Positions 13,301-28,300 of a stretch of 64,000 bases of DNA are shown in pieces. The translations under genes and the position numbers were made by a program. Position 1 is the stretch's first letter. Each line of letters begins with the position of its first letter. The notes under the pieces were generated by a model, which was given only the letters and a program-made list of their open reading frames with translations, was not told the DNA's origin and ran no database searches. Source of the DNA: Balanoglossus misakiensis (taxonomy: Eukaryota; Animalia; Hemichordata); NCBI GenBank assembly GCA_040954595.2, contig CM082589.2, positions 3,300,213 to 3,364,212 on the forward strand, in the 5' to 3' direction.

Positions 13301-16300
13301 AACCCTGCAATACATACAAGGCAAAATTCTTTCGCTGTCATTATTTTCATCATACTAAAACATCGTTAAAGAATGATTTTCTGCACGCAAGAACTCCACT
13401 TACATCAAATCTTTCAACGCTTCCAGGATCGAACATCTCAGAATTCATGGCTCCATCGCTGAGTTCATGTTTGGAGCTCTGTCCCTTCTCGCCGTATATA
13501 ATCATATAGACCAACGCTTTGGTGCCTGCGCCATCCTCATCTGAGGTTACTATGGTAACATTCCAGAAACCTTCTGTAAATATGAAAAAAGAAAGAACTG
13601 TTGGCATATCCCTAAAAGATTTTCGATGCTTTTCAAAATTTTACCCCAATATACAAAATGTACTGGATTGAAGATCACAGGTGAAAAAATTGCTTCACTT
13701 TTATGTCTTGTGAGGATGGATTACAATACCTGTCTTAGGTTCTTCATTGTCCACTGGTGGTACCGGCATTGCTCCTAATAATGTCAGTTTTCTTTCTGTC
13801 TTCCTGTCATCCACTCCTGTGTCAAGCCATCTGCACAAAAAGTATTCAAGAATAAATTTGTTAGTAAATACAAACAGATATTTCCCTGCCACATTGACCA
13901 ATTGGTTTACCCCTTTCTTGATGACACAAACACATTTGTCACAAACACTATCTTACCTATGGCAAGGGAAGTAGAACATGGTCTTAGCATCTTTAGTTTC
14001 CTTGATGGTAACTTTGTCAACGTACCACCCAGCACCATATCCCTCTTCATTGTGACCAAACACAATACTCTGCGGTTTCACAAGATCCACTGACGTGATA
14101 TAGAAGATGTCAGTCTGAAAGAAACAAAATAAATAAATAAATAAATAAACAAACAAAGAGACAGGCAATAAAAGCAAATGAATATTATCACAAAGCAAAA
14201 AGTCAATGTCACTGAATTTTCAAACTCTATATACCTGTCCTTGTTGGAACTTGACTTCTTTCTTATTCGATTTCTTGAGATTTCTTCTGCCAGTGTCTCC
14301 AAATTTCTTGTCGCCGTATATGGTCATGTAAACATCAGCTTCTGTGGCAGCCGCACCTTTGCTCCCAGTATGCACTGCAACTTCGTACTTGTACACTGTA
14401 TGCGGAAAAGATATTAATCCATGAATTGTTCAAAAATTTCAATTTCAGTTCTCCTTGAAGAAACACAGTCGAACCCCTTCTGTCAGTATGTCACACTGTC
14501 TATTGAACACTCTTACCTGGGGGTGGTGGGATATCTGGTCTGATGGCTGGCAACTCAACCATGATATCATCTTCTTCTTTCTCTTCTGAGTCCTCCTCAT
14601 CTTTTTGCTTCTCTCCGGCCTCATCATTTCTTTCATCACTGTCTCCAGGATTCTCTGCGTTCTCCACGTCTTCCTCTTTGGGTTTGTCTGTCTTCTTCTC
14701 CTCTTCTGCTTCTCGTAACCATTTGTCGGCAAAGAAGTGGAACTCTTGGTTTGTGTCACTGTCCTTCATTTTGATCTGTTATTAAAATTAAAGTAGACAA
14801 ATACAGTCAATCAATCAATCAATCAAACCAAGGTGGTGAAAGGTTTAAAAGCAAATGTCTGGGACAACTTCTCACCTTGTCAAGGAACCATGATGGATCA
14901 TCACCAGTGTTGTCATGGTAAACACGGATTTTATACAAAGGCCCAATATCACCAACATCAATCTGTGGAAAGTCATGATGCACATATAAAAATATTTAAT
15001 ATTACATTCAAATTCATTGTGATATTTTTACATTTAGAGCTTGAGTGTCTTTGTTTACATCATAGGTTCAATTTTGGCATTACTATTCTGTCTGTGGACA
15101 AAAACTATGACAAGCTAAGTGCATCAAACTTACATCAAACTCTTCAGTTGAACCTTCTTTGAATTTCAGTCCACCATCCTTGTCACCATCAGCGCTTTTG
15201 CCATCCTCAGACACTTGTTCATTTGTTTCCCCTTCCTCTGACTCTTTCCTCAGTGGAATCGGTTCGGAACAATCTTTACTGCCATAGACCACCATGAACA
15301 CCTGAGCTGTGGTTCCCATCTTTTCTTCTTTACCAGTTCTCACCCATACGTGCCATTTGCCCTTGGAGTTAGATTCTCCATCATCCACCTCTTCTTTTGT
15401 CTCCTCCTCCTTGCCTGTTTCTCCCTCCTTCTCCTCTGTCTCATCTTTCTCCTCAGGAGGAGGGACTGGTCTTTCATCTACATAATTAATGAGATGAGGT
15501 TCCCATGTATTTTAGTTGGTGCAAATAAAAAACTGACATAACATGATAACAGGCAACGAATAATATGACTTAAATTCAACTACTGAATTTCTTTCCATTT
15601 TTTCATGGACGGTTCCAGCTTCTACACTTACATCCTGTGATCTCTCTTTCCACGAAGATGTTCCCATCATCTTCTGTCTTTCCCAGCCATTCCTTGCTCT
15701 CAAACATGTACTGAGTCTTGGCAGTTTCTGACTCTGTCACTGTAATATGGCCCAAGAACCATGCATCCTCCGGCTCTGTTGCATCAGTACCGATGGTGAT
15801 TTTCTCCAAGTGACCAAGGGAGACTGCTTCCACTAGGAATGTGTCAACCTGATAGAGCAAAAAAGTTTTTTTTTTTCAACTTCAAAGTCAACTTCAACAT
15901 TTTGTAAAAATGGTAGACCCACAGAAACATGTAGATTGCATTAAAGATTGTCAAATTACAGTACCTGTCCTTGTTGGAAGAACTTTTTCTCTTCTTTTTC
16001 ATTTTCACCTTCAGACTGTTTTTCTTCATCGCCATCTTTCTTGTCATCTTTTCCATCTTTCTTGTCGTCTTCCTTGGGTTTTAACTTGAGGAGTTGTCTT
16101 TTGCCGGAGTTCCCATTCTCTCCGTGAATCGTGACGAAGACGTTGGCACCAGTGCTGGCCTGCTCATCGTCTCCAGTGTTGACTTCAACTATGTATGTAA
16201 CCACTGCAACAGAAAATAATAGTAGTTGAAAAAAATAGTTCAAGGAAACAAAATATTCATGATAGAGTATTGTATAAACTTGATGGTGACTAACATGGAA

Positions 16301-19300
16301 TGTGTACATTTGAACAGGCATATACTGAAGACTGACTACTGTTTGTAGCAGTGACTTTACTCACAAGGCAAAGGATCTGTGCTTGGTCTCAACACTGGGA
16401 CTTCCTTGTAGATGTCGCAGTGACCTTCATCTTTGGATAGCAGACTGTTCATAGTGAACTGTAGCTCCTCATGGGTGTGTTTGTCTTGTATTTCAACCTA
16501 AACATGAAAAAACATGTTTAACTTATTAAGATTACCGGATATATATTATGACGAAAGCACTTGCATCATGACAAAACTACAGCTTTCTGTCAAAGGAAAT
16601 CCTATGTGATCAATGCTATTATCATAAGAGAGGGAAATTCTATAACACAGAAAGCAGAGGTTGCCTTCACTGATTAGACAGCTGTTCATTGCCAGGTGAT
16701 CAATTTGAGTTGTAATGTGGTACCTTGTGTATGTGCCAAGCTGGGTTGTCGCCACTGTTGTCATGCTGTACTCGAATCTTGCTGATTTCACCAATCTCAT
16801 CGACGTTGATCTGAAATTCAACAAATACATTTGTTTTCAATCAGTCAACTTGTTTTCTAAGATGGGCCACAACACTAGAAAACAGGAATGAAAGCATTCA
16901 AACTATTGCAAATTCAACACTTACATCTATATTCTGGTCATCTCCAGCCATGAGTTTCTCCGTATCCAATGGCAACTCTGGCATCTGGCCGTCAACACCA
17001 CACACTACAAGTGACAGCTGAGATGTTGGAATAATATCCTCCTTCTTAACAATCTTCACTTTCACTGACCATTTACCTCCTGCAGATAAAAAAAACAACC
17101 AATCATCAATTCAGTAATAAAATGATATAAATGTTGTTTCTTTTAGATATTTCCAGACCCAAAGCAATTTGTTGGCAGAGGGGTATTTAAAATGCATATT
17201 TTCACTGACTTACTGGTTTCTGCGGTTTCTTTTGTTTCTTCTGCTTGTTGAACTGGTCTGACACCTGTAGAAATAATAACATGGCAAAGTTTGATTTCAT
17301 TTCCGAGTCTATATACATGTCCTATACTTTAACATGTAAGAAAAATACTGGGATAACTTTTCGTTCTTACCCAGCAATTGGAGTTGTCTGCAAGTCTTCC
17401 TGTCATCCACATGATCATCCAACCACTGGTCGCACCAAAATACAAATTCACTCTCAGCGTCTTCTGACTCCCGTACAATAATCTTCTGAATAAAGACACC
17501 AGCACCTAAGAGAGAGAATAGACATTTTTTTATGTAAAACTGCCTTACCCAGGTGACAAGGACAAGGGTGTAAAGTTTATAAAACATGCCATGCATATAT
17601 AATTATAAGTATTTTTCCAGGAGAACTCACCATATCCAACACCATCCTGAGACACTTCAACCATTTTCAACTCTCCTAGGGAAACAGCTTCTATGATGAA
17701 AGTATCCATCTGAGATGAGAAAGAGAGAAAAAAAATATTGACTGTATCTGTACATGTCTGCTGAATACACACCAAGGGAAGATAAAATCACTGGTGACTA
17801 CAAACACTGAAATACAATATAATCTTCCAAGAAACCTGACAACAAATGTGAAACAGACTGTCAGCGATTTTTGACAGATTAAACACATATGAAGGGCGCA
17901 AATCAAAACTGAATGGAAGCCGTAAACACAAAAGTCAAATATATATTGACACATACTTGGTTTCCCTGGAATTTTTCTTCACTGTTCTGAGAGTAGAACA
18001 GACGTCTTCTACCAGAGTCACCCCTCTCACCATACAGTGTAACATGCACTCGGGCGTCAGTGTTGGCAGCCCATCTGTCTCCTGTGTACACTATCACTTG
18101 GTACTTCAAGACTAAAATACAAACATCGTTGAGTGATAAATACATATACCTAATCAATAAAACTCACAAAACCACAGTCCCTTTGGTGTTCAGTTTACAT
18201 AATAATTATTAATAATAATTATTTTTATTTAGGTTTTATAGTATATGTAGTAAATGTTGTTTTCTTACCTGGTGGTGGTTCCTGGCCCTCTCTCAAAGTA
18301 GGCAACTCCCTGGCGATGTCATAATCATCTTTGGTCCGTGACAACCACCTGTTGAAGCTGTACGTCAGCTTCTCACTGGATGCCTTCTCCGTCATCTCAA
18401 CTTCCTCCAAGTACCAGCCTTCCCAGTTGTCTTCGTCTAAATGCTCGACGCGGATTTTGTACATTTCTCCTATAGGGTCGATTGTGATCTGTAAATAATA
18501 TTAGCCAGCATGACATCCTGTCTCTCAGTGTGCTTGATCAATACAAGCATAAAGAACTCTTATTTTTGCAGAAGAATTGTCATCATCTTTCACAGGATAA
18601 TAGATTATTCATATGAGTGTATGCATTTATCTGTCTACAAAGGACGGCAGTTAAGATGAAGAGACTTGTTCTGAAATTTGGACACTCAGGATCATAGACA
18701 GAGAAACTGGACAAATGAACTTGGAACTCAACAATCTTACATCAAATTCGTCCACGTTTCCAGGCTGTAACGCCGGCTCTCCACCGATGTTGATGGCATC
18801 AGTCTTACCCTTGTCACCATAGACGACAAGATACGCTGATGAATCTGCCGGTGGAAGGATGGAATCCTCGTGTGTCGTGATGACCACTTTCCACTCACCC
18901 TCTGCTGATGAATTGAATGTTAGCAAAGAACAGATGCAAGTTAGAAACTACGAGGGGTTAGTTGTTAGCATAGGGGGGAAACTTTTAAGCTCTTCCAAAT
19001 CAAAGTGTTGAGTTTGTGTACAAAAACATCACCATAATATCATCTTTCATCAGGTACGTGCCATTATCTATCTGAACACTTGTATCTTTCAATAGCAATT
19101 ACATGTATGACAATGCCTTCAACCTTCAAATCTGCCAAACTGAGACTGATGGAAGATGATATCTGGGGTACTACGGATACATATTTGGAAGAGTTCATTT
19201 CTTTCAGGGATTTCGTGATTGCCTGCAGCTACAGTATCTAGGCTGTGAGGTAGCTGTGACCATGGTCAGTACGCTGGTGTCAGTATGGTGGTACTTTGCC

Positions 19301-22300
19301 TTGTGCTTAATACCCAAAACAGCAACAAACCAAAACAACAATCAAAACAACAACAAAACAAAATAACAATGTGAACAGAATTGTTTCTGGTACATATATG
19401 CAGTACTGTCAACAAAAATAATTTTGTGAAAAAGTGCAAACTGCAAACACACAGTGATTTTGCACGAAAAAAAATGTGCAGTGGGCATCGATATACCTTG
19501 GGTTTTTGTGGTGAGGGCTTGAGGGAAGACGTGGGAAAAATGTGAAAAATAACATTAAAAATAATGTAAGAATGGATGATTTGAAATAACACACAAAGTT
19601 TTGATCATTGTAATTTTTTTTAAACTCTCAAAGATAACCCCTGAGTTTCTACACACAACAGAGATGTCTTACGTGGTGTTCCGAGAAGAAGCTCTCTCTC
19701 GATTGCTTCGTCGTCTTGTCCCACATCAAGCCATCTGTAATAAAAATGTCAGAGTTTTTCAATGAAATGAGATTTTTTTAAAGCAACAAAACGTGATTAA
19801 CACAGCAATCAAACATGAGGGTGGTTCAATCTTTTAATGGAGCAACATCACATTTTTCTGACCAGTTCAATCTGTTAATAATTAAAGTACCATCATGAGA
19901 GTTTTCTGACCTGTTACAAGGGAAGTGGAACTCCGCCTCTGAATCCTGTGCCTCTTTAACGATAACCTTGGAGCAAAACCATCCCTCCCCAGCTTCCTTT
20001 CCATTGTGCCCCACGACGACTTTCTGCAGCTCGCCGAGAGACACCGCTTCGATTTCAAACATGTCCACTTGTCCCGGTCGGAACTTCTCGTCGTTATTCA
20101 GCGACTTGAAGAGAACCCTGTTGCCAGTGTCTCCCCTCTCGCCGTAGATGTTCATGTAGAGGGTGGCATCCGTCTCGGAATTCTCTTCCTCACCGGTGAA
20201 GACAGAGACGAAATAACGCAGCACTATAAATAGAATAAGAGGTGTGATTGCTAGCTGTTATAGATACCTGGCATATTAACATTGTAGTTAGGTATGGTAA
20301 AATCTCATACAGTTGTTATTGTTTTCTATCGGAAGGCTGGACCTCTATAGAGGAAACTGAGGGTGAAAGGGTTAAACTCACTGCCCTATTTTAGCAATGA
20401 CTCAAACATGCTCCCTCAGGGAGAGAGACACCCATACATAACTGCCACCCTACAGACAATGTCCATACCTGGCAGTTTTTCTTCATCTTCCCTAATGGCC
20501 GGTAATTCCCTCAAGATGTCCAAGTCATCCTCGGTCCTCGACATCCATCTGTCAAATGTGAACGTCAACTCTTCTTCAGAACTTCTCTCTTTCATGCAGA
20601 CTTCTTGCAGATGCCAACCTTGCCAATTGTCAGAATCATCATGGCCGATGCGAATCTTGTAGATTTTACCGACGCTGATTTTCACCTGTGACAAAGAAAA
20701 CATGTACAAACACAATGATAATCAATAGAAATCAAACAAACTATAGATTTCTATAGAATGTTTTTGTAAGGGAGTTTTATAAAGAATGCCTAAAAATCAA
20801 GAGACATATGGTACAGACAAACAGACCAACAGAGAATTAGATTTTCACTCACCCTTTCAAAGACATCTGTTTTTCCAGGTTCAAAGAATTCCGTTCCATC
20901 CTGTCCGAGAGGTATCGGATCTGATTTTCCACCATCTCCATAAACCACGAGGAGAACAGCTGCATCCATGGCAGCGATTGAATCATCCGCTGTTACCAAG
21001 GTGACGTCCCATTCTCCTTCTGGTTGCCCTGGATACAGGTCTCTCTCTATGGCTTTGTCATCCTGACCAGCATCCAGCCACCTGAAAGCAAAGTTTAGTG
21101 ATTGTAGTTTAGCCACAGAAAACAATGGATTTAGACAACAACATCTTGCAAAGTTCGAAATGAACACAAACCTATCATTCTTGAAGAAAACCTCCTCCTT
21201 GGCGTCTTCCGACTCCTTGATCATCACATGACTCAGATACCAGCCTTGGCCGGCCTCTTTACCATCATGACCGACGACGACTTTCTTCAAGTCTCCCAGA
21301 TGGACAGCTTCGATCTCGAAGACGTCCTTCTGCCCCCTCTGGAATTTCTTCTCATCCGTCTTGGATTTGAAGAGAACTCTGTTACCAGTGTCTCCTCTGT
21401 TGCCATAGATACAGAGGTAGCAAGTAGCATCCGTCTCTGCATTCTCTTCATCACCGGTTTGAACTTCAACATAGTACTTCAGTACTGCAATGCAACATAG
21501 AGATACTCTTGATCTTTGACTGATCGAAAAATCACTCCACATTAAAATTCTACATGTTACTGGCAGTATGATCAAAGAAATACAGCAGATTGAAATTCTC
21601 TAAGGGCATGTTCAAATTATTAATGAAGGGTATGGTTCCATACCTGGTAGGACATCCTCCCCTTCCCTGATTGCAGGCAACTCCCTGACAATATCCAGAT
21701 CGTCCTGATCCCTGGACATCCACCTGTCGAATTTAAACTCCAGGATTTCCTGAGTTTTCCGGTCTTTCATTTTGACGTGATCCAGATGCCATCCGTCCCA
21801 GCCATCGTCATGCTCATGCCCGATTCTGATCTTGGTGATTTGGCCGATATTGCCAACATTGATCTGTGAATGGATGTGAAAAAATATTTGAGGTCTAGGT
21901 TATGGGGATATATGACCAGAAAGGCTAATCTTTTCACCAAGTAAAATACATCCAGCGATCTCTTCGGCCAAAGAAAATACAAAGTCACTGCATGCTACAG
22001 TTTTTTCCTCACTAAATCAAAAAATACTCAGAAAATTTATGATTGCATGAATAACTTCATAAGTACCATACACAAAAAGGAAAATAAGACCTTACTTACA
22101 TCAAGTTCATTGGTTGTATTTGGTTCAAAGAACTCTGGTTTGCCGATACCCAGTGGTATTGGTTCAGTTTTGTCCTTCTTGCCATAGACGACAATGTGGG
22201 CAGGGTTTTCATTGCGTGGTTTGGAGTCTTCAGCTGTTGTGATCCACAGTGTCCATTCATTTTCTGTAAACAAGATATATTTATTGACAATTTGCTTGCT

Positions 22301-25300
22301 GATAATATGACAGTAGTAATAAACAAGTCTAATTTTGCTGTTGACATTTCCAAAAATAAAATTTCCCTTGCAAATACACCAGCTTCTCATTTATTTCTTT
22401 GTACGAGCACACTATTGTTACAATCAAGTGTGATGTCAACTTACCAGGGACAGATGGTTTGAGCTCCCTCTCAATCTTTTTGTCATCTTTGCCAGCATCT
22501 AACCATCTGTGGAAGCAAGAAAATTAAGAATGCAATATGTTGGTACTGTCAAACCCTTGGTCACATCATACTGAAGATCAGTACAGTTACATGTTTATCT
22601 TTCAGGATAGTAATGTTGAATCTGTTTGGCAAATTGTGGTCTTAAAATACACCTACTTTTCACACGGGAAGTACCATCCTATGCCCGTCTCTTCCGACTC
22701 CTTGATCAGAACTTTCTCCACAAACCAGCCATCGCCCGCTTTCTTGCCGTCATGCCCGATGACCACTTTGTTCAAGTCTCCAAGATGGACAGCTTCGATC
22801 TCGAAGACGTCCTTTTGCCCTTTCTGGAACTTTGTCTCGTTCGTCTTGGATTTGACGAGAACTCTGTTACCAGTGTCTCCTCTGTCGCCATAGATACAGA
22901 GGTAGCAAGTTGCATCCGTCTCTGCATTGTCTTCTGTGCCGGTGTACACTTGAACCACATACCTCATCACTGCAAAGGTAATACAGAGACTCAGTCCAAC
23001 CTTCAGGTGAGTGTTATCGGGGAAAAAAACATCACTGCATTTATTTTTGTTTTGCTATTTTTCTCATTTACCTGGTAGGGTCTCTTCTCCATCTCTGATG
23101 GCCGGTAACTCTCTGACAACATCCAAATCATCCTCCGTTGTCGACATCCATCTATCAAAATCAAACACTAGTTCCTCTTTGGACTTCCTCTCTCTCATCT
23201 TCACCTGAAGTATCAATCATCAAGCAAAAGAATTTAAACAATGTGAATTTAAACAATGTGTAAAAAGATAGCAGCATACATATCTCAGGTTTACCTGTTC
23301 TAAATGCCATCCATCCCAGCTATCACCATGTTCGTGTCCAATTCTGATCTTGTAGATCTTACCAATATTGCCAACATTGATCTGCAAAGTTTAATACGAC
23401 AAATAGTTAGTCCCACCTATCACTGTACCAAGCAGTCACTTGGTGAATATAACTATTTTCGTTTCATGTCTTCTATGCTAGACTGTTTTCTTTATATATT
23501 TTCTACACAACAATGCACATGTATGTGTTTTATTCTGCAACAAGTGTTTACTTACATCAACTTCATTGTTAGTATTTGGTTCAAAGAACTCTGGTTTGCC
23601 GATACCCAGTGGTATTGGTTCAGTTTTGTCCTTCTTGCCATAGACGACAATGTGGGCAGGGTTTTCATTGCGTGGTTTGGAGTCTTCGGCAGTTGTGATC
23701 CACAGTGTCCATTCACCATCTATGGGTTTTGACATGAAACAGTCAGTCAGTTCAGCTTTGTCCACTTTACCACAGATAATTCAACGAGACATCATGTTGA
23801 TATCCTCATCAGTGTGACATTTTACAATCTACTGAAATCTGATTACAAACTTTAAGACAATCTCAGGCATTTATTCATGTAAACTATTGAAAAGACTTTG
23901 AGTGAAGATATCTCACCTGGAGATGACGGTTTCAGAGTCAGTTCAATTTTGTGGTCATCATTACCAGCATCGAGCCATCTGATGATAAAAAAAATAAGAT
24001 TCTGAAGTTACAAACAGATAGAAAGAGGATACAATTCGACCAGTCTTATCGACACAATGGTTTAGAAAACACATTTAACCTAGGGGTGCAGCCTATCTAA
24101 ATATATCAATGTCACTATGTAAACAAATGTGTGTATAATCCCCTCAGTATTAGCATTCATGTTTATTTACCATGCACTTAATCTTTTTTCCAATTGACAC
24201 CCAGTTGAGAATGTGATTGGCCACAGATCTCCACTTTCCAAAGAAACTGTGGCTATGCATTGATGACCAGAGAGAAATGTCCAGTTTCTCCAAACAGTGC
24301 CGAACATACCTCTTACACGGGAAGAACCACTCCTTTTCCGAGTCTTCCGATTCCTTGATAACAACCTTATCCAGCTGCCATCCCTGTCCAGCGATATTCT
24401 TATCGTGACCGACGACAATCTTCTTCAGCTCGCCCAGATGAACCGCTTCCATTTCAAAGATGTCCACCTGTCCCTTCTGGAACTTCTGTTCATTGTTTTT
24501 GGATTTATAGAGAATCCTTCGGCCCGTGTCTCCTCTCTCTCCGTGGATCTCCATGTATATCTTGGCATCGGTGCCTGCCTTGTCATCTTCGTCTGTGTAG
24601 ACCTGGATGTAGTATCTAAGTACTGAGCAAGAAATCAAGAAACCGTTTCATTATCTGGTGTTTGAGGCATGAATCTTACACTTCTTCATACCATCTGCTA
24701 ACTTCAAATTAAAGATTCAAATAAATTGATGCAATTCTAGTTTACACTCACTGGGAAGTGTGTCTTTCCCTTCTCGTTCAGCCGGGAACTCTCTCACGAT
24801 ATCCAGATCATCTTCAGTTCTTGCCATCCATCGATCAAAATCAAACACCAACTCTTCATGTGTTTTTCTGTCTCTCATCTTCACATCTCTGAGATGCCAT
24901 CCTTCCCACTTGCTGTCGTCTTCATAACCCACTCTAATCTTGTACACATCACCAACTTTACCAGTGTTTATCTAACAGACAAAAAAGAGAAAGTGGATTT
25001 GTAAGACTACTGATAGTATGATGAAATTTCCGAAAAAAAAGTCTTGTATAGATTTGCTTTGTCTGGCATTTGATGGAATTCTTCAGCTATTTAAACTTGA
25101 TATTTCCTTACCTCAAATTCATCCACAGTTCCAGGATTGAGCGTATTCAGCCTGGCATTGCCCAGGATGATAGGATCACTCTTGCCTTTGGATCCATAGA
25201 CAACCATGTGTGCACTGGCGTCGTTCCGTGGCTTGGAATCATCAGCTGTGTTGATCCAAACGGTCCATTCATTCTCTGAAGAAAACAAATAATACGCTCA

Positions 25301-28300
25301 CGCTTACTCGACAGTCCAGAACAACCAGGATATCATGGCATTTATGTTTTCAATTTTTCAAATCACTCAATTGATAGGACAAACTCCCTACCTGGTTTTC
25401 CAACTTTGATTTCTCTCTCAATTTTATTGTCATCACGTCCAGCATCCAGCCATCTGTAAAAAAAATATATTAACTCCTGTAATACATGTCTTTCATTGAA
25501 GAAAATTTCAATAAATCGGCCAAGATTTGAAGTTCTGGTCTGGATGGGTGAAAGGATTAAACTTACTTCCAGCATGGGAAATAGAATTCCTGGTCCGTGT
25601 CTTCTGATTCCTTGATGATCACTTTGGACAGAAACCACCCTTGTCCGGCCACTCTGCCGTCATGTCCGATGACAATCTTCTTCAGATCCATCAAATGAAC
25701 AGCTTCGATCTCGAAGACATCCTTCTGCTCTCTCTGGAATTTCTCCTCATTGTTCTTCGACTTGTAGAGGACCCTCTTGCCGGAGTCTCCCTTCTTGCCG
25801 AAGATGGTCATGTAGATGTTGGCGCTGGTGTTGCCCTTCTCAATGCCTCCGGTGAAGACTTCAACGTAGTATTTCAGAACTGTCAAAGAGAGGAAAGCAT
25901 TTAATGTCAACTCCTGTAGGTCGATGAATTGTGCTGACTGTCAACATGATTTCAAAAACTCATTGAAATGTTCATGTACTAAGGGGAAATAAGCGACAGG
26001 TGGTTGTGACTCCAGGGTTCTATAACCCTGCATTATATTAAACACCACTACTAACCTGGTAGTGGGTCTTTGCCATCTTTGATTGTGGGTAACTCTCTGA
26101 CAATATCCATATCATCTTCATCCCTGGAGAGCCATCTATCCACTGCATACACATAGTCTTCCTTGGTCTTGTTGTCGTGCAGTTTAACCTGCATCAAGCA
26201 AATCAACCAATTTCTTTTCATCATTTTTTTGTTTGCCAGAATTAGTGTTATCTATAATTATATGTATCTGTAATTACACATTCTGTCTATATACATACAA
26301 TGGACATGTAACCCATCACCACCACTCCCCTGTATACTGTTCAACCTGGCTACAGAAGTCAACCACAGATTTCTGTTTGGGTGTCCACATAAATAAGGGC
26401 CCCACTGTATAGACAAGCATACGCGGATTCCTGCTTACCTCTTTCACATGCCAGCCCTGCCATTTGTCCTTGTCTTCGTGTTCTATCCTCACTTTGTAGA
26501 TTTCACCAAGTTTACTTTCAAAGTTGATCTGTCGAGTAAAAGCAACATATACATGTATTTAGAAGCACTTCCCTGCAGAAATGCACTCAGGACAAAATTC
26601 TGTGTAAAACACTTGCAGATTGCATGAGTATTTTATACACACAGTAAATGTAAATACCAGACGCTTACATCAAATTTATCACTCCTTCCTGGTTCAAAAC
26701 ATTCTGGTCCAGATAGCGGAATGCGTTCTGACTTATTCTTCTGTCCGTAGACTGTCAGGTACACCACAGCACCACGCGGAGGTTTGGAGTCTTCAGCTGT
26801 ATCAATCCATAACTGCCACCCATCACCTAGACGATAGATTTAAATAAATTTAGTCACTGCTGGGTTTTCTGTTCAACTGTTAAAATATTTGTCCTAAAAC
26901 TTATCTTAAACAAATGACAGATGCCAAAATGTTCACACCCAATGATTGCAGATACTTACTTGGCTCAGGAGTTGGTGGTTTGGGTGATTCTGAAATTAAA
27001 CATAAAATGTAAATCATAAATTAACATGCACACATATTGTAATTTTTAGTAAATACTCTGAATTTTTCACCAAAAAATTACAGAGAAATTACATGCGATA
27101 ATACATGTCTGCTACTTTGCATGTAAACGTCACACTCACCTGGTTTGCCGGTGGAAAGTTCTCTCTCAATCTTCTTGTCCTCTTTGCTGACATCAAACCA
27201 CCTGTTACAAGGGAAGTACCACTCCTGCTCCGCATCCTCTGTCTCCTTGACGACCACGTGATCCACGTGCCAGCCGAGGCCCGGCTCGATTCCGTCGTGG
27301 CTGAGGACGACTTTCTTGATGTCGCCAAGATCCACGGCTTCAATTTCAAAGACGTCCGTCTGTCCCCGCAGGAATTTGTCGCTGTTGTTCTTGGATTTGT
27401 ACAGCATCCTTTGACCTGTGTCTCCTCTCTTGCCATATATGGTCATGTAGACTTTGGATTCTGTGTCGGCACCATCGAGATCACTGGTGTAGACTTCAAC
27501 ATGGTATCGGAATACTGGGAAAAAGTTCAAATCATAAAATTTAGGATTTCAGAACACTATTTTCAAATATTACATGTACAAGCCACCCCTGTTTTAGAAG
27601 CCCCCAGTGGAAAATAAAATATTATAAAATGAAATACCAAAATCTTCAAAATGTTAGGAGGATTCCAATATTATAGGTGTGGTTCTATACATGTAGTTGA
27701 AACTCCAAAACAAAACAAAACACGTAGCGTCGTACCTGGCAAAGGACCCTTGGATCCTCGAACAGCTGGCAATTCTCTGACGATATCTAAATCATCCTCA
27801 GATCGCGACATCCATCTATCAACTGGGAAAGTCAGTATATCCTTGCTGGCTCTGTCTCTCATCCTCACCTCTTCAACATACCAACCATCCCAGTTCTCAT
27901 CATCTTCATAACCGATGCGTACTTTGTAAAGTTTACCCACTTTGTCTGTTTGAATCTGATCAAAATATACACCAATGGAAAATTTGATGTCACTTGAAAT
28001 AATCATAGAAAGTTTTTAATACACACAAAACAAATTACAAAAATGTACAAAAATTAGAAATGGGCCAATTATTAGTTTCTTACAGTTAGTTACTAATCTG
28101 GTCAACAAAATCATGCACAGAGATTAAATTTATTGATTTACTTACCTCAAATTCATCTGTCTGGCCAGGAAGTAAAGTCTGATGCCTGGCTTCTCCGAGC
28201 AGTATCATATCAGATTTGCCTTTGTCGCCGTACACCACGATGTGAGCTTTAGCACCGTTACGATTTGAAGACATTCTGCCAGTAGTGATCCACAGGGTCC

